In this document: in pieces, positions 1 to 7,568 of the stretch | Position numbering within the stretch: position 1 is the stretch's first letter | Layout: every line of letters starts with the position of its first letter | Origin: a virus | Lineage: Duplodnaviria > Caudoviricetes | Direction: 5' to 3' (one strand) | Virus record (IMG/VR): IMGVR_UViG_3300042568_000961 | Location: 1 to 25,272 of that record | DNA length: 25,272 nucleotides | Translations under genes and position numbers: made by a program | The notes under the pieces: model-generated | Database searches by the model: none | Seen by the model: only the letters and a program-made list of their open reading frames with translations | Told to the model about the DNA's origin: nothing

Positions 1-1
1 G

Positions 2-187
2 CAGATGAAATGTGGATTGAATAAGATATATTCAAACTTAAATTCAAAATATAGAATTAATTTTCAAAAATTTGAACCTACACAAGATATGGCTGATTGG
101 AATACAACCTATGAACCAAATCCTCTAAGAGGTTCTTTGCCAGCAAACAGATCACATGTTATTATAACACCAAAGGGATTGTATTAA
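2..187 (+). CDS. 3' end of a hypothetical gene, probably starting left of the window
   Basis: Frame is open from base 2 (CAG ATG AAA...) to TAA at 185-187, 3 nt before the next ATG. No family recognised. Confidence 0.55.
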   Translation, partial: QMKCGLNKIYSNLNSKYRINFQKFEPTQDMADWNTTYEPNPLRGSLPANRSHVIITPKGLY

Positions 188-190
188 TTT

Positions 191-865
191 ATGAATTTAT
201 CTCTACAACAATTTGTTCAGTGTGACAAAGACAAATCTCAGGTAACGCAGCAATTAAACTGTGAATATTGGACTTTTAAAGATAGAGAAGACTGCAAAGC
301 ATTTTGTAAATTAAAAAATACAAAAGTATCTATAAGAGACTGTAGTAACTGCCAGCAGAGAAAAGCAATTTTTACTTCAGTAAGTAAAAAAACTTTTAGT
401 AATCCAATCGAGGAATTGAAAGAATCATTACCTCAATTAAATTATTTTAATAAAGAAAAGTTTGACCAACTTCAGGCAGAACGTCTTAAAAAACAATCTT
501 TTGCAGATAAAGCAGTATCTTATTCTAATGCAGAATTGTCTCAAATGGTTGGCGGGAAGGTATCTCAAGAAGTATATAATAAAAGAAAAGCGGAATGTAT
601 GGGGTGTGATCGCAGACATAACCCCAGTCCAGATAAAGAAGAAATTGGTTGGTGTAGAAGCTGTGGTTGCAGTGCCAAAAACTCTAGAGCAGCCCTATCG
701 GCTAAATTGTGGATGCCCAATTTAGAATGCCCACTCAAAAAATTTGGAAAAGAGCAGGGAACGGGTTTTAATACTTCCGATGCTATAGATTCGGTAAAGG
801 GCGCAGTTACTTCCATAGGAAACTTGTTTAAGAAAGAAGAAACAAATGAAGAAAAAAGTAACTAA
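191..865 (+). CDS. Cys-rich hypothetical protein, putative metal-binding
   Basis: 224 aa. N-terminal C-x9-CxxxC-x11-CxxC cluster and C-terminal RKAECMGC...CRSCGC...AKLWMPNLECP cluster. Confidence 0.75.
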   Translation: MNLSLQQFVQCDKDKSQVTQQLNCEYWTFKDREDCKAFCKLKNTKVSIRDCSNCQQRKAIFTSVSKKTFSNPIEELKESLPQLNYFNKEKFDQLQAERLKKQSFADKAVSYSNAELSQMVGGKVSQEVYNKRKAECMGCDRRHNPSPDKEEIGWCRSCGCSAKNSRAALSAKLWMPNLECPLKKFGKEQGTGFNTSDAIDSVKGAVTSIGNLFKKEETNEEKSN

Positions 866-1064
866 ACGCATTAAAAATAAGAATAGAAAACCAAATGAAG
901 ATTTTAGTTATTATTTTGTGGCACATGTAGATTCCTCCGGAGAAGTCACTCCTCTTTTATTGACTGATGTGGAATATAAAAAAGCAAAAGCAAGAGCCTT
1001 AAAAAATCCAGAAGACACCCCCACCGACTTTATAATATTTTCACAAGCCCATAAAGATAAATAA
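846..1064 (+). CDS. Hypothetical protein with a basic N-terminus (72 aa)
   Basis: ORF fills the gap between neighbours and overlaps the upstream gene by 20 nt. PLLLTDVEYKKAKARALKNPED looks protein-like. Confidence 0.65.
   Translation: MKKKVTKRIKNKNRKPNEDFSYYFVAHVDSSGEVTPLLLTDVEYKKAKARALKNPEDTPTDFIIFSQAHKDK
1057..1063 (+). promoter_or_regulatory. Putative T4-type late promoter (ATAAATA)
   Basis: ATAAATA lies 7 nt before ATG 1071. It overlaps an AT-rich stop codon, so chance is possible. Confidence 0.4.
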
Positions 1065-1070
1065 TTTACC

Positions 1071-1433
1071 ATGACCTGCATTCAAAAAATATTAAATTTT
1101 AATAATGAAATTCGCCTCCATCACTGGGGTACCCAATCATACTCTGCACATGTGGCTTTAGGTAAAGCATATGAAGGCATAGATGTTTTGCTTGATACAT
1201 TTGCAGAAACTTATATGGGTATAAAGGGAAAACAAGAACTTAAAGATTTTCCTGAACTTAAATTAAATGGTCCTTTTAAAATTGGAATCAATTCAGTATT
1301 GGATTCATTTGAGGATTATTTAAAAAATGAATTGCCAAAAGAAATCAAACCAGATCAAACAGCACTGTTAAATATACGTGATGAGATGCTTGGTCTGATT
1401 CAACAAACCAAGTATCTCCTAACACTAAGTTAA
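1071..1433 (+). CDS. Ferritin/Dps-like four-helix protein (DUF5856-like)
   Basis: HHWGTQSYSAHVALGKAYEGIDVLLDTFAETYMG matches the Dps-like HW...H...Y...D...E pattern; C-terminal LLNIRDEMLGLIQQTKYLLTL. Confidence 0.75.
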   Translation: MTCIQKILNFNNEIRLHHWGTQSYSAHVALGKAYEGIDVLLDTFAETYMGIKGKQELKDFPELKLNGPFKIGINSVLDSFEDYLKNELPKEIKPDQTALLNIRDEMLGLIQQTKYLLTLS

Positions 1434-1445
1434 GGAGTTACTAAA

Positions 1446-1811
1446 ATGAAAATCCCGGAGCTAGTTTACGAAATTCGGAACTTGGCTCGCAAAGAAGAAG
1501 ATCCTGTCAAAAAGGATCTTTTTTATCAATGCGCCAAGTCTATGGAAATTCTTGGAAACATTGCAAAGATTGCTGATCTTGCAGTTGCTGAACACAAGGC
1601 AGCGGAAAAACCTTCCATAGAAACAGATACTGAAATAAAATGGAATGTTGATGATGTAACTCTAAAAATGCTAGAAGAGTATATTGATGCGTTAGTTCAT
1701 TATGAATTTATGGAAAAAGACGACCGTTGGCCTTATGGAAACGAAGATTTTACCAAATTTATATCACAATACCTAAAATCTCAAAGAGTAAACGACTCAA
1801 GCATTGAGTAA
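1446..1811 (+). CDS. Hypothetical protein (121 aa)
   Basis: Good SD (AAGGAG) upstream; helical, acidic. The 3' end overlaps the convergent gene by 31 nt. Confidence 0.75.
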   Translation: MKIPELVYEIRNLARKEEDPVKKDLFYQCAKSMEILGNIAKIADLAVAEHKAAEKPSIETDTEIKWNVDDVTLKMLEEYIDALVHYEFMEKDDRWPYGNEDFTKFISQYLKSQRVNDSSIE

Positions 1812-2380
1812 ATTTTTGGTGGAATAGATCTGTGACTCAAAACTGCCATATTGGATGGCATAATTTTGAGAACATATTTGCTAAAATATGGACTTTTTCT
1901 ATAAGTTCCGTATTTTCTAGTTTTTTCCATCAAAAAATGCGTGTAAATGTAGCAATTTGCGCGTTTTGCGTAAAGTTTTTTATCAATTTTAAGATTAAAT
2001 TGGTCAATTAACTTTAAAGCGCGTTTTTCACAGTCTCTTTCCATCGCTCTAACAAGCAAAAAGGCTCTTTTAAGAGTCTTTTTGTCATATTCTCTTCCAT
2101 TAAACCAATTTTCTACAATCAATCCGGCTTTATCGGACTTTGTATAGACCTGAACTTGGTTTATATATTGCAAAAAGTGGGCATACTCATGCACCAAAGT
2201 TTGCAAAAAATATTGATTGTCTCCGGCAACGCGGATTACCTTTTCAATTTCGTTGAAATAACCTTCACATCTACCATGCCCGGTATTTACATACTTTCCG
2301 CGCCCAATAATCAGACGCATTCCGTATTCTGCAAGATGTTGTTTCACAAATCTTACAAACTGATGGTGGGTCTTCGCCAT
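1781..2380 (-). CDS. HExxH zincin-like metallopeptidase (ImmA/IrrE/SprT-like)
   Basis: LQTLVHEYAHFLQ motif, upstream GYF strand and downstream MERDCEKRA third-ligand Glu. Strong SD GAGGAGG at 2392-2386. Confidence 0.75.
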   Translation of the reverse strand: MAKTHHQFVRFVKQHLAEYGMRLIIGRGKYVNTGHGRCEGYFNEIEKVIRVAGDNQYFLQTLVHEYAHFLQYINQVQVYTKSDKAGLIVENWFNGREYDKKTLKRAFLLVRAMERDCEKRALKLIDQFNLKIDKKLYAKRANCYIYTHFLMEKTRKYGTYRKSPYFSKYVLKIMPSNMAVLSHRSIPPKIYSMLESFTL

Positions 2381-2401
2381 AGGAACCTCCTCAGTCAGTA
2401 T

Positions 2402-2408
2402 TATTTAG
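2402..2408 (-). promoter_or_regulatory. Putative late promoter (CTAAATA) for the peptidase gene
   Basis: Reverse complement of tatttag, just upstream of the SD. Same heptamer as at 5062, 8559, 8575 and 20093. Confidence 0.5.
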
Positions 2409-2416
2409 CGAATTGC

Positions 2417-2445
2417 TTGACAAGCAATATTTATTGAGTATATTA
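2417..2445 (+). promoter_or_regulatory. Sigma70-like early promoter
   Basis: TTGACA (2417-22), N16, TATATT (2439-44); alternatively N18 to TATTAT. Lies upstream of the HTH gene. Confidence 0.65.
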
Positions 2446-2474
2446 TAGCAACTTCTTATAAGAAAGGAAATTTT

Positions 2475-2711
2475 ATGGAAATTACTACTGTTGACCGTCC
2501 GACTAAGATTCAGCGTGTGTTTGATTATATGCGTTCTGGCAGCACTCTCACCGCTGGTGAGGCTCGCAAGCGCTTTCAAGTGAGCAATATGCGCGCTACC
2601 ATGCATGATCTTCGTGAGGCATTTGGTCGTCTTAACATGAACTACACCGTAGTTCGTACTGTCCGAAACGGTCGCTCATACTACCGTGTGCAGCGAAACA
2701 GAGTTCGCTAA
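2475..2711 (+). CDS. Small basic winged-HTH DNA-binding protein
   Basis: TKIQRVFDYMRSGSTLTAGEARKRFQVSNMRATMHDLR is a three-helix HTH pattern followed by a beta-wing (GRSYYRV). SD AAGGA; has its own promoter and terminator. Confidence 0.75.
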   Translation: MEITTVDRPTKIQRVFDYMRSGSTLTAGEARKRFQVSNMRATMHDLREAFGRLNMNYTVVRTVRNGRSYYRVQRNRVR

Positions 2712-2720
2712 GAACTCTGC

Positions 2721-2752
2721 AAAAACCCCCGCAAAGTTGCGGGGGTTTTTTT
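2721..2752. terminator. Bidirectional intrinsic terminator
   Basis: AAAAA-CCCCCGCA-aagt-TGCGGGGG-TTTTTTT between convergent genes. Confidence 0.9.
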
Positions 2753-4031
2753 ATGTATTGATTTGAAAATATATCGTAGTTGGTCCGACTAAAGTACAAT
2801 ATAAAGTAGAATTTACAGTGTAATTAGTCAACATGGCATATGCACCATTATATCCGGGTTTTCCAAACTGGGCATACTTAGTTCCCACACTTACCAAACG
2901 GCTTGGATCGCCGTAAACAAATAAATCATATCCTGCTAAAGTTGGATGACTTAAATCAACTTTTAAAACTGTTGTAATTGAATCTGGAATTACAACAGGG
3001 TTGGGTGTAGTTGTATAACTAAAAGTTGTATTTATTGCAGTTGTAGTAATAACATAAGTATTCGAATAAACTTGAAGGAATATTAGATTGTTGAATGGTG
3101 TAAGTACTGTAGAAAAAGCAGTTCCAACCGACTCACCATAAATTAAATCAAAACAAGATTCACAGTTTACAAAACTTGCAAACTGTGTAGTTGGCATTCT
3201 GTATTTTCTTAGATTGTATTCATTGAGAGATTGATTTTCGAAGCAATTTACAAGTTTATTTGTAGCTACGTCGGTGACAGTCAAAATGCCGGGAACAATT
3301 GTTGTTACGGGAGCAATTAAAAGAGATGGATAACCTCTTAGATATAGATTTACTTGAGTGAACGAATCTATTAAGCTTTGAGCTGTGCCACCAGATTCAA
3401 AATATAAAATTTCTTGATTATCTTTTAATGTAAGTGTTCCGTAAACGGGAATGCGTCCATAGTTTTCAGCTGTCCCACCAATAATTTCAACATAATCTTC
3501 AAATGCAAATCCTGATCCTAAAAAACCCATTTCTTTAAACGTAGTAGTAGATAAATTGGGAAGAGAGTTTACAAGATAATATCCTATTGTACTTCCTGCT
3601 GGATAGAAAGTATATGATGGGGTGTCGATAAAATTATCTTTACTATAATAATCGTAATTGCTTTGCGCAGTGAACCCACTGATTTTAGTAGCTACTATTA
3701 TTTTTGAATCATTCAATGTATATGAAAACGTACAACCTCCACCTATATCAATGTTTAGGTTGTTCAATTCATCATAGTATTCGCTGAGGGCAAAATTAAA
3801 TGTATTGCCCGCAGTAAGAGAACCAAAGGTTCTCTTTAAAAAAAGCGAATCAGATGTATCATACACGTGTGAATAATCAATCGTTAAAGTCGATCCAGAT
3901 ATTAATAAATTTGGTTTTGAATTTATTATACCCTTGGAAAAAACCGGATCAGTAGTATTTCCCGTAACATAGAGTCCATAATTGCTCATGGACGCAACAT
4001 TGTTTAATGTATATTGGGAGTCTAAAGCCAT
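2751..4031 (-). CDS. Hypothetical protein, probably virion structural (Thr/Ser/Tyr-rich, beta-rich)
   Basis: 426 aa, low charge, cotranscribed with 4040-5032 behind a late-type promoter. Contains one CESC. Confidence 0.7.
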   Translation of the reverse strand: MALDSQYTLNNVASMSNYGLYVTGNTTDPVFSKGIINSKPNLLISGSTLTIDYSHVYDTSDSLFLKRTFGSLTAGNTFNFALSEYYDELNNLNIDIGGGCTFSYTLNDSKIIVATKISGFTAQSNYDYYSKDNFIDTPSYTFYPAGSTIGYYLVNSLPNLSTTTFKEMGFLGSGFAFEDYVEIIGGTAENYGRIPVYGTLTLKDNQEILYFESGGTAQSLIDSFTQVNLYLRGYPSLLIAPVTTIVPGILTVTDVATNKLVNCFENQSLNEYNLRKYRMPTTQFASFVNCESCFDLIYGESVGTAFSTVLTPFNNLIFLQVYSNTYVITTTAINTTFSYTTTPNPVVIPDSITTVLKVDLSHPTLAGYDLFVYGDPSRLVSVGTKYAQFGKPGYNGAYAMLTNYTVNSTLYCTLVGPTTIYFQINT

Positions 4032-4039
4032 ACTTTAAC

Positions 4040-5032
4040 TTATGATGCAGAGTAGAACAGAGATTGAGTTCCGCTACCGGCGATTAGATAAATTAACTTG
4101 GTGTTGTTTAGTTTCAAGAAAATCTCTTCTCCGGGATCCAAGCCATAAGCATTTGTAGAAGAAATTGCGCTTGTATTTCCGAAGAAAATTAGGTTTGTAT
4201 TTGTGGCAGCTGCCTTGAGATTTATTCCATTGGTGCAAGTAAAACCTGTTCCAGAATCCATCAATGCAGCACTTGTGGTAACAGATACTCTATTGGTAGT
4301 GAATGTACTCGGTACAGATCCAGCAATGCTTAGGATTTGTGAGTTTAAAGTTCCTAGTTGATTGCTGATTCCTGCCATCGATGCAAGTATTGCGGTATCG
4401 TTGATACCGACAGTATTTCCTACAGTAACATTTACTGCAGTTGCACCAGATGTTCCGCAGATAAACAGTGGAGTCGAAGAACTGTTAGTTACGCCAACTG
4501 TAGGATTGATGGTGGCATTGATAGTAGCACCGGATATTTGAACAAATACCGGATTGGCAGAATTTCCGATTTCCGTTCCAGAACTATTAACTAAGCTTGA
4601 AAAAATCCAAGTTGAGCCGTTTGGACCAAACACAGAAACATTATCATTAAGTTTGTTTAGGTATCTTCCCCCAGTTACTTCAACGTAGCAGTTGGGAGAA
4701 GTTTGAACAAATACAGGTGCAGAGCTAACGCCTTGTACGGTTACTGTTCCCGATACAGTTACTGCCTGACCACCTACAACTCCTTGGACTTGAATTGGGC
4801 CAGTAAAACCAGAAATGATGGCAGTCAATCCGGTTGCCACAGTAACGGGGAATGGATTTGAAGCACTGACTGCGGTAAACGCGCCAGTTGGACCGTAACC
4901 CAGTTTGTAATATTGGATGTAGGTTGTGTAACCACCGCCTACCAAAACTGGGTCTGCACCAACAGCAAATGTTGCACCGCTGTTTATTACTACGTAATCA
5001 TCTCCATAAAGTGGGCTGGGAGGTCCTGGCAT
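4040..5032 (-). CDS. Putative virion fibre/decoration protein (Gly/Thr/Val-rich)
   Basis: 330 aa with repeated SASNPFPV / SSAPVFV / NSANPVFV / SSTPLFI units, a short coiled-coil linker and a C-terminal beta domain (GINLKAAATNTNLIFFG...YGLDPGEEI). SD AAGGA. Confidence 0.7.
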   Translation of the reverse strand: MPGPPSPLYGDDYVVINSGATFAVGADPVLVGGGYTTYIQYYKLGYGPTGAFTAVSASNPFPVTVATGLTAIISGFTGPIQVQGVVGGQAVTVSGTVTVQGVSSAPVFVQTSPNCYVEVTGGRYLNKLNDNVSVFGPNGSTWIFSSLVNSSGTEIGNSANPVFVQISGATINATINPTVGVTNSSSTPLFICGTSGATAVNVTVGNTVGINDTAILASMAGISNQLGTLNSQILSIAGSVPSTFTTNRVSVTTSAALMDSGTGFTCTNGINLKAAATNTNLIFFGNTSAISSTNAYGLDPGEEIFLKLNNTKLIYLIAGSGTQSLFYSAS

Positions 5033-5061
5033 TGTTTATCCTTTAAAAGTTTCTTCAAGAA

Positions 5062-5068
5062 TATTTAG
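5062..5068 (-). promoter_or_regulatory. Putative late promoter (CTAAATA)
   Basis: Intergenic, about 30 nt upstream of ATG 5032. Confidence 0.6.
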
Positions 5069-5081
5069 ACTCTTTTATTTA

Positions 5082-5109
5082 TTGAATTTGACAATCTATG
5101 ATGTAAACT
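5082..5109 (+). promoter_or_regulatory. Possible sigma70-like promoter for gp33
   Basis: TTGAAT-N16-TAAACT, 5 nt before ATG 5115. A TTGACA at 5088 has no well-spaced -10. Confidence 0.35.
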
Positions 5110-5114
5110 AGAGT

Positions 5115-5345
5115 ATGTATATCGATGATAAAGCCAAAGAACAATTTTCAAATAAAGTAATTGAAAGAGTTAAAAAAACGCAAATGTCTTTTATGGACTC
5201 TGTACTAGAACTTACCGAAGAAATGGGTTTGGATCCTACCGCATCCGGTAAACTTCTGACCAAACCTATAATTGAAAAAATTCAGCAGGAAGCCAAAGAA
5301 TTGCATTTACTAAAGGGCAAAATCAAGAAGCTTCCGCTTGACTGA
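5115..5345 (+). CDS. gp33: Late transcription coactivator gp33
   Basis: 76 aa; FSNKVIERV...SFMDSVLELTEEMGLD...KLLTKPIIEKIQQEAKELHLL...KLPL is the gp33 pattern. Adjacent to gp32. Confidence 0.85.
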   Translation: MYIDDKAKEQFSNKVIERVKKTQMSFMDSVLELTEEMGLDPTASGKLLTKPIIEKIQQEAKELHLLKGKIKKLPLD

Positions 5346-5366
5346 TGAAAACCCGGATATATATTA
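5338..5366 (+). promoter_or_regulatory. Sigma70-like promoter for gp32
   Basis: TTGACT (5338-43), N16, TATATT (5360-65): same geometry as the promoter at 2417. Confidence 0.55.
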
Positions 5367-5380
5367 GTGTAACTTATAGG

Positions 5381-5397
5381 CCGAGGTAGTTCCTCGG
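5381..5397 (+). promoter_or_regulatory. Leader hairpin upstream of gp32
   Basis: CCGAGG-tagtt-CCTCGG perfect 6-bp stem, 12 nt before the ATG. Confidence 0.5.
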
Positions 5398-5409
5398 GGA
5401 AAGAAACAT

Positions 5410-6267
5410 ATGGCAAATTTTTCAGACTTTAAGAAGAAGAGTAAAAACTCAGTCGCATCCCTCACCGAGCGCCTTGACAAGCTCACCTCAAAAGAGAGCT
5501 ACAAGGACGAGCGCATGTGGAAGCCCGGTATTGACAAGGCCGGTAACGGCTATGCAGTAATCCGGTTCCTTCCGGAGATCGATGGCGAGGATAGCCCGTT
5601 TGTGGCAGTCTACAGCCACACCTTTAAGGGCAAGGGTGGTTGGTTCTACGAGAACTGCCCCACGACCATCGGTGAAAAGTGTCCGGTGTGTGCGGCAAAT
5701 ACAGAACTTTGGAATAGTGGTATTGAGGATGATAAAAACATTGCGCGCAATCGTAAGCGTAAGTTGACTTACATCTCTAATATTTTGGTTGTTGAAGACC
5801 CTGCTAATCCGGAAAACAAGGGTAAGAATTTCCTTTATCAGTATGGCACCAAGATCTTTCAGAAGATCCAGAGCCTCGCTCACCCCGAGTATCAGGATGA
5901 GGTTGCGGTTGATCCGTTCAACTTCTGGACCGGTGCTGATTTTAAGATCAAGATTCGCAACGTTGGTGGTTATGTAAATTATGATCGTAGCGAATTTGCA
6001 TCTCCTGCCCCGCTGTTCGGAGGGGACGATAAGAAGCTAGAGGAGCTCTGGAAGAAGCAGTACTCCCTCAAGGAGTTCACTGACAAGAGCCAGTTCAAGA
6101 GCTACCAGGAGCTTCAGGAGCGCCTTAAGAAGGCAACTGGCGACGATATCCGTGCGCAGTTCAACGAGTCCAAGAGCATTGAGGACGACGTGAGTGAGAC
6201 GCTGGTGTCGGAAGACGTAGAGGAAAAGGATCCTCTAAAGTACTTCTCCGAAATGGAGAATGATTGA
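5410..6267 (+). CDS. gp32: Single-stranded DNA-binding protein gp32
   Basis: DERMWKP.IDKAGNGYAVIRFLP, Zn site H...ENCPTTIGEKCPVC, DPFNFWTGADFKIKIR, NYDRSEF and an acidic tail. Confidence 0.97.
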   Translation: MANFSDFKKKSKNSVASLTERLDKLTSKESYKDERMWKPGIDKAGNGYAVIRFLPEIDGEDSPFVAVYSHTFKGKGGWFYENCPTTIGEKCPVCAANTELWNSGIEDDKNIARNRKRKLTYISNILVVEDPANPENKGKNFLYQYGTKIFQKIQSLAHPEYQDEVAVDPFNFWTGADFKIKIRNVGGYVNYDRSEFASPAPLFGGDDKKLEELWKKQYSLKEFTDKSQFKSYQELQERLKKATGDDIRAQFNESKSIEDDVSETLVSEDVEEKDPLKYFSEMEND

Positions 6268-6268
6268 G

Positions 6269-6295
6269 AAAAGCCCCCGCAAGGGGGCTTTTTTT
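6269..6295. terminator. Bidirectional intrinsic terminator
   Basis: AAAA-GCCCCC-GCAA-GGGGGC-TTTTTTT (GNRA loop) between convergent genes. Confidence 0.9.
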
Positions 6296-6713
6296 ATCCC
6301 CATCTTGGATAATTTGTAAATTCATTTGATCTAGCATCAAACACCAAATTTGATGTTTGTGTTGTAGGTCTTTCATCAAATCTTTGTGCTGCTTTTGGAT
6401 CTGGGATCCATTTTGTTTGCATGCTATTTACGGTATTTTCCATGTTATCCGAGAGATCTTGAACACGGCTATTTAAACTTTTTATTGCTGCTTCTGCGTC
6501 AAATTTTACATCAAGATCAACTGCAACTTTTGAAATATCAGCAACGGTATCTGCATCTACCTGAATGTTTGTTGGTGTTATTAAAATGCTTGGAGGAAGC
6601 TGAACAGTTTGCTGTGCTGCAGTAATAGTAGACATATCCAGTCCCGAGGGGGTTATCGCCGCAGAAAACGATTGCTGCTCTGCAGATACATCAACTGATA
6701 TGTCGTCGTTCAT
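6294..6713 (-). CDS. Hypothetical acidic protein (139 aa) directly downstream of gp51
   Basis: Its ATG overlaps the gp51-like stop (ATGA at 6713-6710). Central coiled-coil-like segment AIKSLNSRVQDLSDNMENTVNSM. Confidence 0.7.
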   Translation of the reverse strand: MNDDISVDVSAEQQSFSAAITPSGLDMSTITAAQQTVQLPPSILITPTNIQVDADTVADISKVAVDLDVKFDAEAAIKSLNSRVQDLSDNMENTVNSMQTKWIPDPKAAQRFDERPTTQTSNLVFDARSNEFTNYPRWG

Positions 6714-6916
6714 AGATTAAGTCCAGTAAAAGCAGAATTTTGTGACATTTCTTTTTGTTTCTTTTCTTCTTGGTATTCAATTAAAATTTTTACGTAAATT
6801 TCTCTTTCCCACCATATCATGTTGTCCAAATCAAAAAGATTCCAATTAAAATTATTTATTAAAGTAAAGTTTGTGGTAAAGTAATCTTTTAAGTCAAAAA
6901 ACTTTACCGATAAGTA
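6710..6916 (-). CDS. gp51: gp51-like baseplate hub assembly catalyst; absent from the ORF track, no start codon before the conserved region
   Basis: Hand translation: YLSVKFFDLKDYFTTNFTLINNFNWNLFDLDNMIWWEREIYVKILIEYQEEKKQKEMSQNSAFTGLNL*. This matches the gp51 motif Y..NF.L....sL.eLenM.pWEREIYv.lL. Confidence 0.8.
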   Translation of the reverse strand, partial: YLSVKFFDLKDYFTTNFTLINNFNWNLFDLDNMIWWEREIYVKILIEYQEEKKQKEMSQNSAFTGLNL

Positions 6917-7566
6917 AAAAAACTCAATAAACCAGAGACCTCTCTTTCACCTTCTTGTGTCTGCAATTTTACATAAAGTTCTGGCTGATTTTTTAAAGCT
7001 TCTTCTAGTTTTGGTATAATGGACAGCGGAAGGTTATCCAGCAAAGTTTTTATTTCATCTGAGATAAATTTGTTAACATAAAAAATTTCTCCCTTTATTA
7101 TTACCTTGGTTATCAAAGATTTAAGTACATCTTCTTTATCCAAAGAATTTAATTTTAAAAGAGTTTTTATTGTGGGGGTCTCAATATGGATATGCAGATC
7201 TTTTCCGATTTGAATAGATTCATTAAATACATTATTTCTGTGTGCTATATCGGGAATATATACCTGCACCCTTTCTTTATTCACAATTAGATTTAATTGC
7301 TCGTCAACACTTTTTGATCTTATTTGCAAAAATAAAAACTCGGCATCTGCTAGACAAAGATCTAAGACATTTGTTCCTTTTGTATTTGAAGATATCAATT
7401 CCACCATTGCATTTAATGCGAGTTTTTTATTATTTTCCTGCAAAAGTATGGAAATGTTTTTTGCATCTTTTACTTTAAATGGAGTAAATGTAACTTTTTG
7501 TTTTGAAAAAGGTAAAACAGTCTCGTAAGTCGGTAACAAATCTTTTAAAGAATTCAACAAATCCAT
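6904..7566 (-). CDS. gp26: Baseplate hub assembly chaperone gp26
   Basis: LPTYETVLPFSKQKVTFTPFKVK, DAEFLFLQIRSKSVDE, C-terminal GLLSFF. ATG 7566 has a GGAG SD; the track's 7572 start is a TTG. Confidence 0.85.
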   Translation of the reverse strand: MDLLNSLKDLLPTYETVLPFSKQKVTFTPFKVKDAKNISILLQENNKKLALNAMVELISSNTKGTNVLDLCLADAEFLFLQIRSKSVDEQLNLIVNKERVQVYIPDIAHRNNVFNESIQIGKDLHIHIETPTIKTLLKLNSLDKEDVLKSLITKVIIKGEIFYVNKFISDEIKTLLDNLPLSIIPKLEEALKNQPELYVKLQTQEGEREVSGLLSFFTYR

Positions 7567-7568
7567 AA

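Noticed and set aside
5488-5977. Antisense and alternate-frame ORFs inside gp32 (5488-5883, 5582-5767, 5789-5977)
   Set aside because: Expected by-product of the GC-richer codon usage of gp32; no RBS or motifs.
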